NCBI GenBank assembly: GCA_041658765.1
Contig: JBAZZO010000013.1
Coordinates: 4,742 to 68,741 of the forward strand
Reading direction: 5' to 3'
Length of the DNA: 64,000 nt
From: Coriobacteriia bacterium
GTDB lineage: Bacteria; Actinomycetota; Coriobacteriia; Anaerosomatales; JBAZZO01
Shown: piece by piece, positions 27,568 through 38,215 of the stretch
How positions within the stretch are numbered: the stretch's first letter is position 1
How the letters are laid out: every line of letters begins with the position of its first letter
The notes under the pieces: generated by a model
What the model saw: only the letters and a program-made list of their open reading frames with translations
What the model was told of the DNA's origin: nothing
Database searches by the model: none
Translations under genes and position numbers: made by a program

Positions 27568-30179
27568 CGTACGGTCACATACCGGTAGGCGGTGTACGTC
27601 GCCGCGTTCGTGGATGTGCCGCCGACGTAGGCGCGCAGGGCCCAACGCCCTGTATACGGAAGGCGCGCGAGCACGGAGTAGCGCGTGTAGCTCGAGTAGT
27701 TCGCGTTGCGCGCGAAGAAGGTGCGTCTCAGGCGCCAGACGCGACCTTCCAGCCGGTAGCACTGGATGCGGACGGTGTACGCGCCCGCCGTGTAGCGCGG
27801 CTTGAGGTAGCCGGCGCTCGTGAACGAGTACCTGGTGCGCGGGTACGTCGGAACGGTCGGGACGGTCAGGTAGGCGCGGGGCAGTATCCTCACCCGGCCG
27901 CTGACACTCGCGTCGGAGAACAGGTCTCCCGCGAAACGCAGGCGGTAGTAGACGCCGCGGATCGGGCGGACGGCGAAGCGGTAGACGCCGGGGGCGGTCG
28001 CGACGGCGGAAGCCGTGCCCGCGCGCGTGAACGTCGTGCCGTTCGAGGACGACTCGACGATCACGGTCTTGTCCGGCAGCGGAGTCCCCGTCGCGTCGAG
28101 CAGCGTACCGACGAGGGTGACGGGAGCCCAGTAGGTGGTGATGAGGGCCGTCGCGGTGGTGCTCGACAGCGCCAGCGTCAGGGTCGAGGTACGCATGCCG
28201 CCGCTCGGGTCGATGCGCACGAGCACGGTGCGCGTCGGCTCGACGTTGCCGACGGCGTCCACCGACCAGTACGACACGGTCGTCGTCCCGCCCGCGGAGA
28301 TCGCGATCGGCGCGGTGTATGTCGCCGTCGCCGCAGCACCGATGCGGTAGTACGTCGCGTGCACGCCGGACTCAGCATCCGTCGCGGTCAGGCTCACCGT
28401 CACAGTGGCGACATGCCAAGCGCCGTCGCCGTCGTCGACCGTCACCGGAGCCGTGCGGTCGATGCGCGGCGAGACCGAGTGTGTCGCCTCGACGTTGCCC
28501 GCGATGTCGACCGACCAGTAGGACACGGTCATCGTGTCGTTCACGGCCACGGGGAAGGATGCGGTGTAGGTGGTCACCGTCCCGGTGGCGACGCGATAGT
28601 AGGTGTTCCGCACGCCGGACAGCGCATCCGTCGCGCTCACGGAGAACACCGTGGACGTCGTGGTCGAGGGGAACCAGGAAGCGAACGAGGTGGTGGTGGC
28701 CGAGGGCGCGGTCCTATCGATGCGCACCACGGACGTCGTCGGCACCCCGGCGAGCCCGGAGGCGTCGATCGACCAGCAGCCGACCGGCGTCGTGCCTTCC
28801 GTCGAGACGACGAAGGGCGCGGTGTAGGTGGTGTTCGAGCCGGTGCCGACCCGGTAGAGGATCGTCGGCGCCGGCAGTCCGGGCTGCGTCGCCGCCATCG
28901 AGACGGTGACGTTGCCGCTGTGCCACGCCGTGTCGATCGTGCAGGTCGTGACTGGATCGGGCCTGCGGATGGTGAGCGTCGCGGACTTGGTCGTCTCGAT
29001 GTTGCCGGCGAGGTCCATCGACCAGAACGTCACGTTCGTCGGCCCGAGCGTGCTCACCGAGAACGGCGTCGTGTAACTCATCGTCGCCGCCGTGCCGAGG
29101 CGATAGTACATGCGCACGACACCGGAGTTGGCGTCGGTGGCCGAGAGGACGACAGAGTAGGAGGCGACCTGCGTGGGAGTGACGATGTTGGAGCTCGTGT
29201 TCGGCGCGACGCGGTCGATCTGAACGTAGGCGGTGCGCGTCGTCTCCACGAACGGGGCGCCGGAGACGCCCGCGGGCTCGTTGCGCGCGCTGAAGTAGAA
29301 CGCGTTCGTCCCCTCCGTCGATACGGTGAACGGAGAGGCGTACAGCGTCGCGACGGCGCTCATGCTCCCCGCCCGATACCAGACGCCCAGCACGCTGCTG
29401 TTGTTGCTAGGGAACAGCGGGTCGGTCGGCGTCATCGAGATGATCACCGGAGCCGAGGTCCAGCTCGACGAGAAGGTATGCGTGGTGCGGACGTTGTCCA
29501 CCTGCACGATACCCGTGCCCGCGGTGGAGGTGTTGCCCGCCGAGTCGACCGCCTCGTATCCGACCGTCGTGGTGCCTTCGGCCGTGATCGAGAACGTCGC
29601 GGCGGCGCTGTACATTCCGGCCCCGAAGGAGACGGTGGTGGTCGTCACCGTCGCGGCGCCGCTAGTCCAATACCTGATAGATGCGATGCCGGACGTGGCG
29701 TCCGTCGCGCTCACCGAGACGGCGTACGAACCGTAGCGCCACACCCCGTCGAGGTTCGCGGAGACCGTCGGACTGGTCACGTCGATGCGCACCGTCCCCA
29801 CGACGTGAGTCGCCTCGACGTTGCCCGACTCGTCGATCGAGCCCGCGTAGACGGTCGTCGTGCCCTCGTTCGCGACCGTGAACGTCGTGGACGTCGCCGC
29901 GACCGCGGGGCTGACCAGCACCGTCTGCGTCGTGATGGTGGTGGCGCCGCTCGCCGCGTACGTCACGGCCGCGACCCCGGAGGAGGCGTCGGTCGCGGTG
30001 AGCGTCACGGTCACCGAGCCCCTGTGCCACGCGCTGTCGGCGGTCGAGGTCGTCACCGGCGCGACACTATCGACCGCCATAGCGGAGATACGCCCCGAAG
30101 CGAGCGCGGCGGCGGTCCCCGCGAGGACGACGGCGAGCAAGGTGAGAAGGACTACTATCTTGCGGCTGGTGACGAGCAT
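27564..30179 (-). CDS. Secreted surface protein with 7 tandem OmpL47/Ig-like repeats + shared C-terminal module
   Basis: Signal peptide MLVTSRKIVVLLTLLAVVLAGTAAALASG. Seven repeats of about 85-95 aa of the type D-x-TAP-x-T...W...VTVSLTATD-x-SGV-x-x-YYR...EG-TTV-YWS-D-AGN-E. AAGGAAGGGA lies upstream of ATG 30179. Confidence 0.75.
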   Translation of the reverse strand: MLVTSRKIVVLLTLLAVVLAGTAAALASGRISAMAVDSVAPVTTSTADSAWHRGSVTVTLTATDASSGVAAVTYAASGATTITTQTVLVSPAVAATSTTFTVANEGTTTVYAGSIDESGNVEATHVVGTVRIDVTSPTVSANLDGVWRYGSYAVSVSATDATSGIASIRYWTSGAATVTTTTVSFGAGMYSAAATFSITAEGTTTVGYEAVDSAGNTSTAGTGIVQVDNVRTTHTFSSSWTSAPVIISMTPTDPLFPSNNSSVLGVWYRAGSMSAVATLYASPFTVSTEGTNAFYFSARNEPAGVSGAPFVETTRTAYVQIDRVAPNTSSNIVTPTQVASYSVVLSATDANSGVVRMYYRLGTAATMSYTTPFSVSTLGPTNVTFWSMDLAGNIETTKSATLTIRRPDPVTTCTIDTAWHSGNVTVSMAATQPGLPAPTILYRVGTGSNTTYTAPFVVSTEGTTPVGCWSIDASGLAGVPTTSVVRIDRTAPSATTTSFASWFPSTTTSTVFSVSATDALSGVRNTYYRVATGTVTTYTASFPVAVNDTMTVSYWSVDIAGNVEATHSVSPRIDRTAPVTVDDGDGAWHVATVTVSLTATDAESGVHATYYRIGAAATATYTAPIAISAGGTTTVSYWSVDAVGNVEPTRTVLVRIDPSGGMRTSTLTLALSSTTATALITTYWAPVTLVGTLLDATGTPLPDKTVIVESSSNGTTFTRAGTASAVATAPGVYRFAVRPIRGVYYRLRFAGDLFSDASVSGRVRILPRAYLTVPTVPTYPRTRYSFTSAGYLKPRYTAGAYTVRIQCYRLEGRVWRLRRTFFARNANYSSYTRYSVLARLPYTGRWALRAYVGGTSTNAATYTAYRYVTVR

Positions 30180-30220
30180 GACGTTCCCTTCCTTTGCCGG
30201 TAGGTTCTTCACGAGCGGCG

Positions 30221-32476
30221 CTACTGGGACGCCTCGCCGCGGACCAGACGTTCGAGCGTAGGCTCCCATGCCGCGCGCGCATCGGCGAGCGACACGTCGA
30301 CCTTCTCGCAGACCTTCAGACGATCTCCGCCGACGGTCCCGAGGACACCGTACGGCACCCCGTGCGCGAGCGCGATGTCCTCGAGCCGCTCGACATCCGC
30401 CTCGGCGACGGAGACGACGATGCGGCTCTGCGTCTCCGAGAATAGCGAGACGGCGGACTGAAGCCCGTCCTCGAGGTGGACGTCGGCGCCGATGCCGCCG
30501 ATCAGACAGCTCTCAGCAAGCGCCACGCCGATGCCGCCTTCGGAGCAGTCGTGGGCGCTCTTGACGATGCCCGCGCCGATCGCCTCACGCACGGCCGCCT
30601 GCACGTCCCGCTCGAGCTCGAGGTCGAGCGCGGGCGGGCGTCCAGCCACCTTGCCGAAGACGATCGAGAGGTACTCCGAGCCGCCGAGTTCGGCCTCGGT
30701 CTCGCCGAGGAGCACGATCACGTCTCCGGCGTCCTTGAAGCCCGAGGTCGCGCGGAGCTCGACGTCGTCGAGCAGGCCGACGAGACCGACGGTGGGCGTC
30801 GGGTATATGGCCTGGCCGAAGGACTCGTTGTAGAAGCTCACGTTGCCCGAGATGACCGGCACCCCGAAGAAGCGGCACGCGTCGGCGAGCCCGCGGACGG
30901 ACTCGCGGAACGTCCAGAAGACCTCGGGCTTCTCGGGATTGCCGAAGTTGAGGCAGTCGGTGATCGCCACCGGCTCGCCTCCCGTGCACGAGACGTTGCG
31001 CGCGGCCTCGGCGAACGCGATCTGCGCGCCGACGTACGGGTCGAGATAGCAGTAGCGGCCGTTGCAGTCGGTCGAGACGGCGATCGCGCGGTCGGTGACC
31101 TCGCCGCGACCCGGCGCGCCGATGCGCAGCACCGCCGCGTCGGAGCCGGGAAGGACGACCGTCGAGAGCATCACCTGGTGGTCGTACTGCTCCCAGATCC
31201 ACCGGCGGCTGCAGATGTTCGGACTGGCGAGCACGCGCAAAAGCGCGCGAGAGAGCTCGCCGGGATCGGTCGGGTGATCGAGCGCGAGCGGGTCGAACGC
31301 CTGCACCTCGTCGAGGTAGGCGGGACGGCGCGCCTCGGGATCGTACTCGGGTGCGTCGTGCGCGAGCGTGCGGGCCGGCATGTCCGCGACGATCTCGCCT
31401 TCATCGCGCACGATGAAGCGCCCGGTGTCGGTGACCGTCCCGATCACCGTCGAGCGCAGGCCCCACTTCTCGCAGACCGCCTGCGCCGCCGCGAGGTCGG
31501 CGGCGGTCACGACGCCGAGCATGCGCTCCTGGCTCTCGGAGACCATGAACTCCCACGGCGTCATGGCGTCCTCGCGCGCGGGGATCTTGCGCACCTCGAT
31601 GTCGAGGCCGACCCCGCCGCGCGACGCCATCTCCGAGGCGCTCGACGTGAGCCCGGCCGCGCCGAGGTCGCCGAGGCCGACGAGCAGTCCGCCTTCGAGC
31701 AGCTCGAGGCACGCCTCGATGAGCAGCTTCTCCTCGAACGGGTCGCCGACCTGCACCGCCGGACGCTTGTCCTCGGCGCGCTCGTCGAACTCCTGGCTCG
31801 CCAGAACCGACGCGCCGCCGATGCCGTCGCGGCCGGTCGTCGAGCCGATGAGCAGCAGGAGGTTGCCGGGGCCCGCCGCGACCGCCAGGGTGAGGCGCTC
31901 CTCGCGCATCAGCCCGATCGACATCGCGTTGATGAGACAGTTGCCCTCGTAAGCAGGGTCGAAGTAGACCTCGCCGCCGACGGTGGGCACTCCCAGGCAG
32001 TTGCCGTAGCCGCCGATGCCGGCGACCGAGCCTTCGAAGAGGTAGCGCTGGCGCGGCTTGTCGAGCGTGCCGAAACGCAGCGAGTCGAGCGAGGCGATGG
32101 GCCGCGCGCCCATCGTGAAGATGTCGCGGATGATGCCGCCGACGCCCGTCGCCGCGCCCTGGTACGGCTCGATCGCGGACGGGTGATTGTGGCTCTCCAT
32201 CTTGAAGGCGACCGCCCAGCCGTCGCCTACCGAGATGACGCCGGCGTTCTCCCCCGGCCCCTGCAGCACGTGCGCGCCCTCGGTCGGGAAGAGGCGCAGC
32301 GTCGACTTGCTGTGCTTGTACGAGCAGTGCTCGCTCCACATGAGCGAGTACATGTGCAGCTCGGTCGCGGAAGGTATCCGCCCTAGGATCTCGACGACCT
32401 TCTCGTACTCATCGAGCTTGAGACCGAGCGCTTCGGCGAGGTCCGGGGCGACGTCCGGGGCGAGCGACTGAGGCAT
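30221..32476 (-). CDS. purL: Phosphoribosylformylglycinamidine synthase subunit II
   Basis: ELHMYSLMWSEHCSYKHS...VAFKMESHNHPS...DLGAAGLTSS are PurL hallmarks. ATG 32476. Confidence 0.95.
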   Translation of the reverse strand: MPQSLAPDVAPDLAEALGLKLDEYEKVVEILGRIPSATELHMYSLMWSEHCSYKHSKSTLRLFPTEGAHVLQGPGENAGVISVGDGWAVAFKMESHNHPSAIEPYQGAATGVGGIIRDIFTMGARPIASLDSLRFGTLDKPRQRYLFEGSVAGIGGYGNCLGVPTVGGEVYFDPAYEGNCLINAMSIGLMREERLTLAVAAGPGNLLLLIGSTTGRDGIGGASVLASQEFDERAEDKRPAVQVGDPFEEKLLIEACLELLEGGLLVGLGDLGAAGLTSSASEMASRGGVGLDIEVRKIPAREDAMTPWEFMVSESQERMLGVVTAADLAAAQAVCEKWGLRSTVIGTVTDTGRFIVRDEGEIVADMPARTLAHDAPEYDPEARRPAYLDEVQAFDPLALDHPTDPGELSRALLRVLASPNICSRRWIWEQYDHQVMLSTVVLPGSDAAVLRIGAPGRGEVTDRAIAVSTDCNGRYCYLDPYVGAQIAFAEAARNVSCTGGEPVAITDCLNFGNPEKPEVFWTFRESVRGLADACRFFGVPVISGNVSFYNESFGQAIYPTPTVGLVGLLDDVELRATSGFKDAGDVIVLLGETEAELGGSEYLSIVFGKVAGRPPALDLELERDVQAAVREAIGAGIVKSAHDCSEGGIGVALAESCLIGGIGADVHLEDGLQSAVSLFSETQSRIVVSVAEADVERLEDIALAHGVPYGVLGTVGGDRLKVCEKVDVSLADARAAWEPTLERLVRGEASQ

Positions 32477-32566
32477 GCGAGCGACTCCTCGGCGGATCGA
32501 TGGCGGGGCTGCGCCCATTGTACGCAAACGGCTCCCGCGCGTGTGGGCGGAAACACCGCCGTCACG

Positions 32567-33715
32567 TCACCCCACGGCCCGTGGGTCGTCGCCACCCGAG
32601 ACGATGACGACGTCGATGTTGCGCGTCTCGCGCATGATGCGCGTGACGATCGAGCCATGCAGTATCTCTTCCCTGCGGCTGCGCACGGACTGGCCCATGA
32701 CGATGAACGTGATCTGGTGCGCCCGGGCGAAGTCGATGAGCTCGCCGGCGACGTTCTCTCCCGCGAGGCTGACGAAAGCTCCCCCGAGCTGCTCCGTCAG
32801 AGCGCGCAGCTCCTCGAGGGCCCGCTCCTCAGCGGCCGACAGGAGGACGGCGGGCGGGCGGACGCTGACCACCGTCAGCTCGCCGCTGAGACGGTGGACG
32901 AGCTGGTAGCCTCTTCGCACGAGCTTGGCGCCGGCGGGACGCGGCGTCACGGCGACGAGCACGCGGTCGACGGCGCCCCAGGTCTTGTCCACGTCGTGCG
33001 TGGCGATGAACTCGTCAAGGTCGTCGTCGACCTCGTCGGCGGTCTTGCGCAGCGCGAGCTCCCGCAACGCGACGAGGTTCCCCCGCCGGAAGAAGTTCGC
33101 GAGCGCCTGCTCGACCTTCCCCGCCTCGTAGATGACGCCGCGCTTGAGCCGGTTGATGAGCGCCTCAGGCGTGATGTCGACGAGGACTACCTCGTCGGCG
33201 GCGTCGAGGATGCGGTCGGGCACGGTCTCCCGAACGCAGACGCCGGTGATCTGCGCGACCACGTCGTTGAGGCTCTCGAAGTGCTGGACGTTCACGGTGG
33301 AGATCACGTTGATGCCGGCGTCGAGGATCTCCTCGACCGACTGCCACCGCTTCTCGTGACGCGTCCCGGGGGCGTTGGTGTGCGCGAGCTCGTCGACGAG
33401 CACCCAACCGGGATGTCTCGCCAGGACGGCGTCGGTGTCGAGCTCCTCGAGCACCGCCCCGCGGTAGTCGATACGCTTCGTCGGCACCAGCTCGAGACCC
33501 TCGGCAAGTGCTATCGTCTCCGGGCGCCGATGCGGCTCGACGAAGCCGATGACGACGTCCTCCCCGCGCGAGTGGCGGCGCTGCGCCTCGGCGAGCATCG
33601 TGTACGTCTTCCCGACGCCCGCGGCGTAGCCGAGGAAGATCTTGTGGCAGCCACGCTGACGGGGATATGGCACCGCGGGACCGTCCACCGGACCGCCTTC
33701 TCTCGTGTCGGACAC
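32567..33715 (-). CDS. kdpD: KdpD N-terminal sensor module (KdpD + Usp domains) encoded as a separate protein
   Basis: KIFLGYAAGVGKTYTMLAEAQRR...GFVEPHRRPET (KdpD N-domain Walker A), then a Usp-like C-terminus. No TM or kinase region. Confidence 0.85.
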   Translation of the reverse strand: MSDTREGGPVDGPAVPYPRQRGCHKIFLGYAAGVGKTYTMLAEAQRRHSRGEDVVIGFVEPHRRPETIALAEGLELVPTKRIDYRGAVLEELDTDAVLARHPGWVLVDELAHTNAPGTRHEKRWQSVEEILDAGINVISTVNVQHFESLNDVVAQITGVCVRETVPDRILDAADEVVLVDITPEALINRLKRGVIYEAGKVEQALANFFRRGNLVALRELALRKTADEVDDDLDEFIATHDVDKTWGAVDRVLVAVTPRPAGAKLVRRGYQLVHRLSGELTVVSVRPPAVLLSAAEERALEELRALTEQLGGAFVSLAGENVAGELIDFARAHQITFIVMGQSVRSRREEILHGSIVTRIMRETRNIDVVIVSGGDDPRAVG

Positions 33716-33717
33716 CG

Positions 33718-34296
33718 CTACTGTGAGGATAGCGCGTCGAGGGCGAGGTTGAGCTCGAGGACGTTCACCCGCGGTTCTCCGATGAAGCCGAGCTGCCTGC
33801 CGGCGACGTGACGCGCCACGAGCCGGCGCACGCTCTCGGCCGCCAGCCCGCGCGCCGCCGCCACCCGCGGAACCTGCAGGTACGCGGAGTCGGGCGAGAT
33901 GTCCGGATCCAGACCGCTGGCGGACGCCGTCACGAGGTCCACCGGCACCCTGCCCGCCTTCGAGCCCGGCTCGTCGCGTCGGACCTCGCGCACGCGCGAC
34001 GCGACGGCCGAGACGAGCGCCTCGCTCGTCGGCCCGAGGTTCGACGCGCCCGACGCGCCCGCGTCGTAGCCCGCGCCAGCCGACGACGGCCGCGGATGGA
34101 AATACCTGTCCGACACGAACGGCTGGCCGATGAGCTTCGAGCCGACCACCCTGCCGTGGATGACGATCAAGCTCCCGGCGGCCTGACGCGGAAAGGCGAA
34201 CGAGACGACGCCGGATACCGCGAGCGGATAGACCACGCCGGTGATGAGCAGCGTGATGAAGGCCATGCGTATCGCGACCCAGGATGTCCGTTTCAC
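33718..34296 (-). CDS. kdpC: K+-transporting ATPase subunit C
   Basis: VVYPLAVSGVV...SNLGPTS...TASASGLDPDISPDSA are KdpC motifs. GTG 34296 preceded by GGAGG. It is the only real part of the 1390-aa track ORF. Confidence 0.9.
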   Translation of the reverse strand: MKRTSWVAIRMAFITLLITGVVYPLAVSGVVSFAFPRQAAGSLIVIHGRVVGSKLIGQPFVSDRYFHPRPSSAGAGYDAGASGASNLGPTSEALVSAVASRVREVRRDEPGSKAGRVPVDLVTASASGLDPDISPDSAYLQVPRVAAARGLAAESVRRLVARHVAGRQLGFIGEPRVNVLELNLALDALSSQ

Positions 34297-34304
34297 GTCG
34301 CCTC

Positions 34305-36380
34305 CTAACCCGTGAACCTGAGAGCCACGAGGACCATGTCGATTAGCTTGATGCCGACGAAAGGCAAGACGATGCCGCCGGCGCCGTAGACGAGCAGGTT
34401 GCGCCTCAGCAGCGCCGCCGCCCCGACGGGCCGGTACTCGACACCGCGCAGCGCGAGCGGGATGAGTGCGACGATGATCAGCGCGTTGAAGACGACCGCC
34501 GAGAGTATCGCGCTCTCCGGCGAATGAAGCCCCATGACGTTGAGCGGCCGCAGCGCCGGTTGGCCGACCATGAACATCGCGGGGATGATCGCGAAGTACT
34601 TGGCGACGTCGTTGGCGATGGAGAACGTGGTGAGCGAGCCGCGGGTCATCAGGAGCTGCTTGCCGATGGCTACGATCTCGATGAGCTTCGTCGGGTCGGA
34701 ATCCAGGTCGACCATGTTGCCGGCTTCCTTCGCAGCGCTCGTCCCGCTGTTCATCGCGACGCCGACGTCCGCCTGCGCCAGCGCCGGAGCGTCGTTCGTG
34801 CCGTCGCCGGTCATCGCGACGAGCTTCCCGCTGGCCTGCTCCTTCCGGATGAGCTCCATCTTCGTCTCGGGCGTGGCCTGGGCGAGGAAGTCGTCCACCC
34901 CCGCCTCTTTGGCGATGACCGCGGCGGTGATCGGGTTGTCGCCGGTGATCATGACGGTGCGGATGCCCATCGCCCGCAACTGCTCGAAGCGCTCCCGGAT
35001 CCCACCCTTCACGATGTCCTTGAGATGCACCACGCCCAGGGCCCGATCGTCGGTCGCCACCACGAGAGGCGTCCCGCCCCGCTCCGAGACGGAGCGGACA
35101 AGGTCCTCGAGATCCGCGGGGGGCGTGCCTCCGACGGATTCGACCCACGCTTCGACGGCATCGGCGGCGCCCTTGCGGATGCACCGGCCATCGACGTCCA
35201 CGCCGCTCATGCGTGTCGAGGCGCTGAATGGGACGAAAGACGTGGTCTCGGGATTGAGATGCCGCTCCCGGATGCCGAACCGCTTGGCGAGCACCACGAT
35301 GGAGCGGCCCTCCGGCGTCTCGTCGGACAGCGACGCGAGTTGCGCCGCGTCGGCGAGATCCTGTTCGGCGACCCCCTCGACGGGCAGGAACTCGGCGGCC
35401 TGCCGGTTCCCGAACGTGATCGTGCCGGTCTTGTCGAGCAGCAGCGTGTCGACGTCGCCCGCCGCCTCGACCGCGCGGCCGGACACCGCGAGCACGTTGC
35501 GCTGGACGAGTCGGTCCATGCCGGCGATCCCGATGGCGGAGAGCAGGCCGCCGATGGTGGTCGGGATGAGACACACGAGCAGCGCGATCAGTACGCTCAC
35601 GGGAACCGCGACGCCCGAGTAGACGGCGAACGATTCGAGCGTCATCACCACGAGCAAGAAGATGATCGTGAGCACGATGAGCAGGATGTCCAGCGCGATC
35701 TCGTTCGGCGTCTTCTGACGGCTCGCTCCCTCGACCAGCGCGATCATGCGGTCGAGGAAAGTCTTGCCCGGGTCCGAGGTGATGCGCACGACGATGCGGT
35801 CCGAGAGCACCTTCGTGCCCCCGGTGACCGCCGAACGATCGCCGCCGCTCTCGCGGATGACCGGGGCCGACTCGCCGGTGATCGCCGATTCGTCCACCGA
35901 CGCGATGCCCTCGATGACGTCGCCGTCGCCGGGGACGATCCCGCCCGCCACGATCACGACCACGTCGTCCCGGCGCAGCTGCGAAGCGGGTACGCTCTCG
36001 ATACTCCCGTCGACGAGCAGGTCCGCCATCGTGTCGGTCTTCATCGCGCGCAGCGCGTCCGCCTGGGCCTTGCCGCGTCCTTCCGCCATCGCCTCGGCGA
36101 GGTTCGCGAAGAACGCAGTGAACCACAGCCACGCGGCTATCGCGACGAACAGCCTCGCCTCGTCCGAGCGCGCCAGGGACGCCTTCACCGCGTAGTACGT
36201 GGTGATGACGCTCCCGATCTCGACGACGAACATGACGGGGTTGCGGTACATCTTCCGGGGGTCGAGCTTGACGAACGCATCGAGGGCCGCCCGCATGACG
36301 AGTCGCGGGTCTGCCGCGGCGACTCGGCGCGAACCCTTGTCGCGCCTCTCGTGCGCATCCGTGAGTCTCGTGTCCGTCAT
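34305..36380 (-). CDS. kdpB: K+-transporting ATPase subunit B (P-type ATPase)
   Basis: Phosphorylation motif [14 protein letters not shown], hinge [18 protein letters not shown]. 691 aa. Confidence 0.95.
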   Translation of the reverse strand: MTDTRLTDAHERRDKGSRRVAAADPRLVMRAALDAFVKLDPRKMYRNPVMFVVEIGSVITTYYAVKASLARSDEARLFVAIAAWLWFTAFFANLAEAMAEGRGKAQADALRAMKTDTMADLLVDGSIESVPASQLRRDDVVVIVAGGIVPGDGDVIEGIASVDESAITGESAPVIRESGGDRSAVTGGTKVLSDRIVVRITSDPGKTFLDRMIALVEGASRQKTPNEIALDILLIVLTIIFLLVVMTLESFAVYSGVAVPVSVLIALLVCLIPTTIGGLLSAIGIAGMDRLVQRNVLAVSGRAVEAAGDVDTLLLDKTGTITFGNRQAAEFLPVEGVAEQDLADAAQLASLSDETPEGRSIVVLAKRFGIRERHLNPETTSFVPFSASTRMSGVDVDGRCIRKGAADAVEAWVESVGGTPPADLEDLVRSVSERGGTPLVVATDDRALGVVHLKDIVKGGIRERFEQLRAMGIRTVMITGDNPITAAVIAKEAGVDDFLAQATPETKMELIRKEQASGKLVAMTGDGTNDAPALAQADVGVAMNSGTSAAKEAGNMVDLDSDPTKLIEIVAIGKQLLMTRGSLTTFSIANDVAKYFAIIPAMFMVGQPALRPLNVMGLHSPESAILSAVVFNALIIVALIPLALRGVEYRPVGAAALLRRNLLVYGAGGIVLPFVGIKLIDMVLVALRFTG

Positions 36381-36389
36381 CCCGCCACC

Positions 36390-38129
36390 TCAGAACGTCC
36401 CGCCGGCGAGCATGAGCGCGTGCTCGAGGACCGGACCGAGCGCGAAGACCGGGAAGAACGTGAGCGCCCCGACGATCACGATCACGCCGACGAGCAACCC
36501 GACGAACAGCGCGCCGTTCGTCGGGAACGTGCCCGACGTCGGCGGCGTGGTCTTCTTCGAAGCCATCGAGCCGGCGATGGCGAGCACCGGGATGATGAAG
36601 AGGAAGCGGCCCACGAGCATGCCGATCCCGAGCCCGATGTCCCAGAACGGGGTGTCCGCGGCGAGCCCGGCGAACGCGGACCCGTTGTTGCCCACCGCCG
36701 AGGAAGCCGCGTACAGGATCTCGGACAGACCGTGCGGGCCGGCGTTGGCGACCGATGCGAGCGCAGGGCCGTAGACGGCGCCGATGCCCGCGATGACGAG
36801 GACTCCCGCTTCGAGCGCGAGCAGGGCGAACATCGCGAGCTTCATCTCGACGGGCCCGATCTTCTTGCCGAGATACTCCGGCGTCCTGCCCACCATGAGA
36901 CCGGCGATGAAGACCGCGATGATCGCGAAGACGAGCATCCCGTAGAGCCCCGAGCCCACACCCCCGAACACGATCTCGCCGAGGACGATGTTGAGCATCG
37001 CCATGCCCCCCGCGAGCGGCGTGAGGCTGTCGTGAGCCGCGTCGACCGCGCCGCACGAGGCGGCGGTCGTCGAGTTGACGAAGATGGCGCTCCCGGCGAT
37101 CCCGAAGCGGACCTCCTTGCCCTCCATGTTCCCGCCCGGTCTTCCGATCGAGGCCGTCAGGTCGGCTCCGGCACGCGTCAGGTTCGGGTTCCCGGCGCGC
37201 TCGCTGCCGTAGACCACGCCGAGTCCGATGACGAACAGGACGAGCATCGCCGCCAGGAGCACCCGGCCCTGACGCACGTCTCCGGCCATCTTCCCGAAGA
37301 GGTGCGTCAGACCCGCGGGTAGGAGCAGGATCGCGAAAGCCTCGAGGAAATTCGTCAGCGGCGTGGGGTTCTCGAACGGGTGCGCCGAGTTCGCGTTGAA
37401 GAAGCCCCCGCCGTTCGTGCCGAGTTCCTTGATCGCCTCCTGGGATGCGACCGGACCCTGGGCGATCGTCTGCCGCGCGCCCTCCAGCGTCGTGACGTGC
37501 GTCCAGGGGCCGAGGTTCTGGACGACCCCCTGCGACGCGAGCACGACCGCGAGGACGAATGCGAACGGAAGGAGCACATAGAGGCACGACCGCGTGAGGT
37601 CGACCCAGAAGTTGCCGATGCCCTTGCGGCCCTTGCGGGTGAGCCCGCGAGCGAACGCGACGGCGACCGAGAGGCCGACACCCGCCGAGACGAAATTCTG
37701 CCACGTCAGCCCGAGCATCTGCGTCAGGTAGCTGGCGCCCGACTCGCCGGCATATGCCTGCCAGTCGGTGTTCGTGACGAAGGCGATCGCAGTGTTGAAG
37801 GCGAGCACGCTCGACATCCCCGAGACGTGCGCCGGGTTCAAAGGAAGCATCCCCTGGATCCTCAGGAGCACGAAGAGGCCGACGAAGCATGCGAACGAGA
37901 AGATCAGGACCGAGCCCGCATATGCGACCCAGGTCATCTCCCCGCTGCTGTCGACGCCCGCGAACCGGTACACGGCTCTCTCAAGCCACCCGAGGGCCGG
38001 ATGCAGGAACGTCCTCTCTGCGCCGTAGACGCGATGGAGATACGAGCCTACCGGCACCGCCGCCGCGGCGACGAGCCCGACGAACAGGAGGAGTTGCACG
38101 AGATCGGCGGCGGGCATCGCGCCGATCAC
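36390..38129 (-). CDS. kdpA: K+-transporting ATPase subunit A
   Basis: 579 aa, polytopic. TNTDWQAY and NGGGFFNANSAHPFENP are selectivity-filter-like KdpA motifs. GTG start overlaps the kdpF stop. Confidence 0.95.
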   Translation of the reverse strand: MIGAMPAADLVQLLLFVGLVAAAAVPVGSYLHRVYGAERTFLHPALGWLERAVYRFAGVDSSGEMTWVAYAGSVLIFSFACFVGLFVLLRIQGMLPLNPAHVSGMSSVLAFNTAIAFVTNTDWQAYAGESGASYLTQMLGLTWQNFVSAGVGLSVAVAFARGLTRKGRKGIGNFWVDLTRSCLYVLLPFAFVLAVVLASQGVVQNLGPWTHVTTLEGARQTIAQGPVASQEAIKELGTNGGGFFNANSAHPFENPTPLTNFLEAFAILLLPAGLTHLFGKMAGDVRQGRVLLAAMLVLFVIGLGVVYGSERAGNPNLTRAGADLTASIGRPGGNMEGKEVRFGIAGSAIFVNSTTAASCGAVDAAHDSLTPLAGGMAMLNIVLGEIVFGGVGSGLYGMLVFAIIAVFIAGLMVGRTPEYLGKKIGPVEMKLAMFALLALEAGVLVIAGIGAVYGPALASVANAGPHGLSEILYAASSAVGNNGSAFAGLAADTPFWDIGLGIGMLVGRFLFIIPVLAIAGSMASKKTTPPTSGTFPTNGALFVGLLVGVIVIVGALTFFPVFALGPVLEHALMLAGGTF

Positions 38130-38215
38130 AGACGCTCGGGATTGACGAGGGCCCAGAGCAGGTACGCGAGCACGCCGAGAGCCACGACGCCGACGACGAC
38201 GTCCTCGACGTTCAC
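38126..38215 (-). CDS. kdpF: K+-transporting ATPase subunit F
   Basis: 29 aa from GTG 38215: (M)NVEDVVVGVVALGVLAYLLWALVNPERL, matching the KdpF pattern (single TM ending ...L-x-x-PE-x-F/L). Confidence 0.7.
   Translation of the reverse strand: MNVEDVVVGVVALGVLAYLLWALVNPERL

Noticed and set aside
28359-30203. 614-aa plus-strand ORF
   Set aside because: Antisense to the seven-repeat surface protein gene. Its repetitive Arg/Gly/Asp composition mirrors the repeats on the other strand.
33718-37890. 1390-aa ORF on the minus strand, the longest in the track
   Set aside because: It runs out of frame through kdpA and kdpB, which have unmistakable signatures in other frames. Its translation is Arg/Gly/Pro/His-rich low-complexity sequence. 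Only its last 192 codons (from GTG 34296, after GGAGG) match KdpC.
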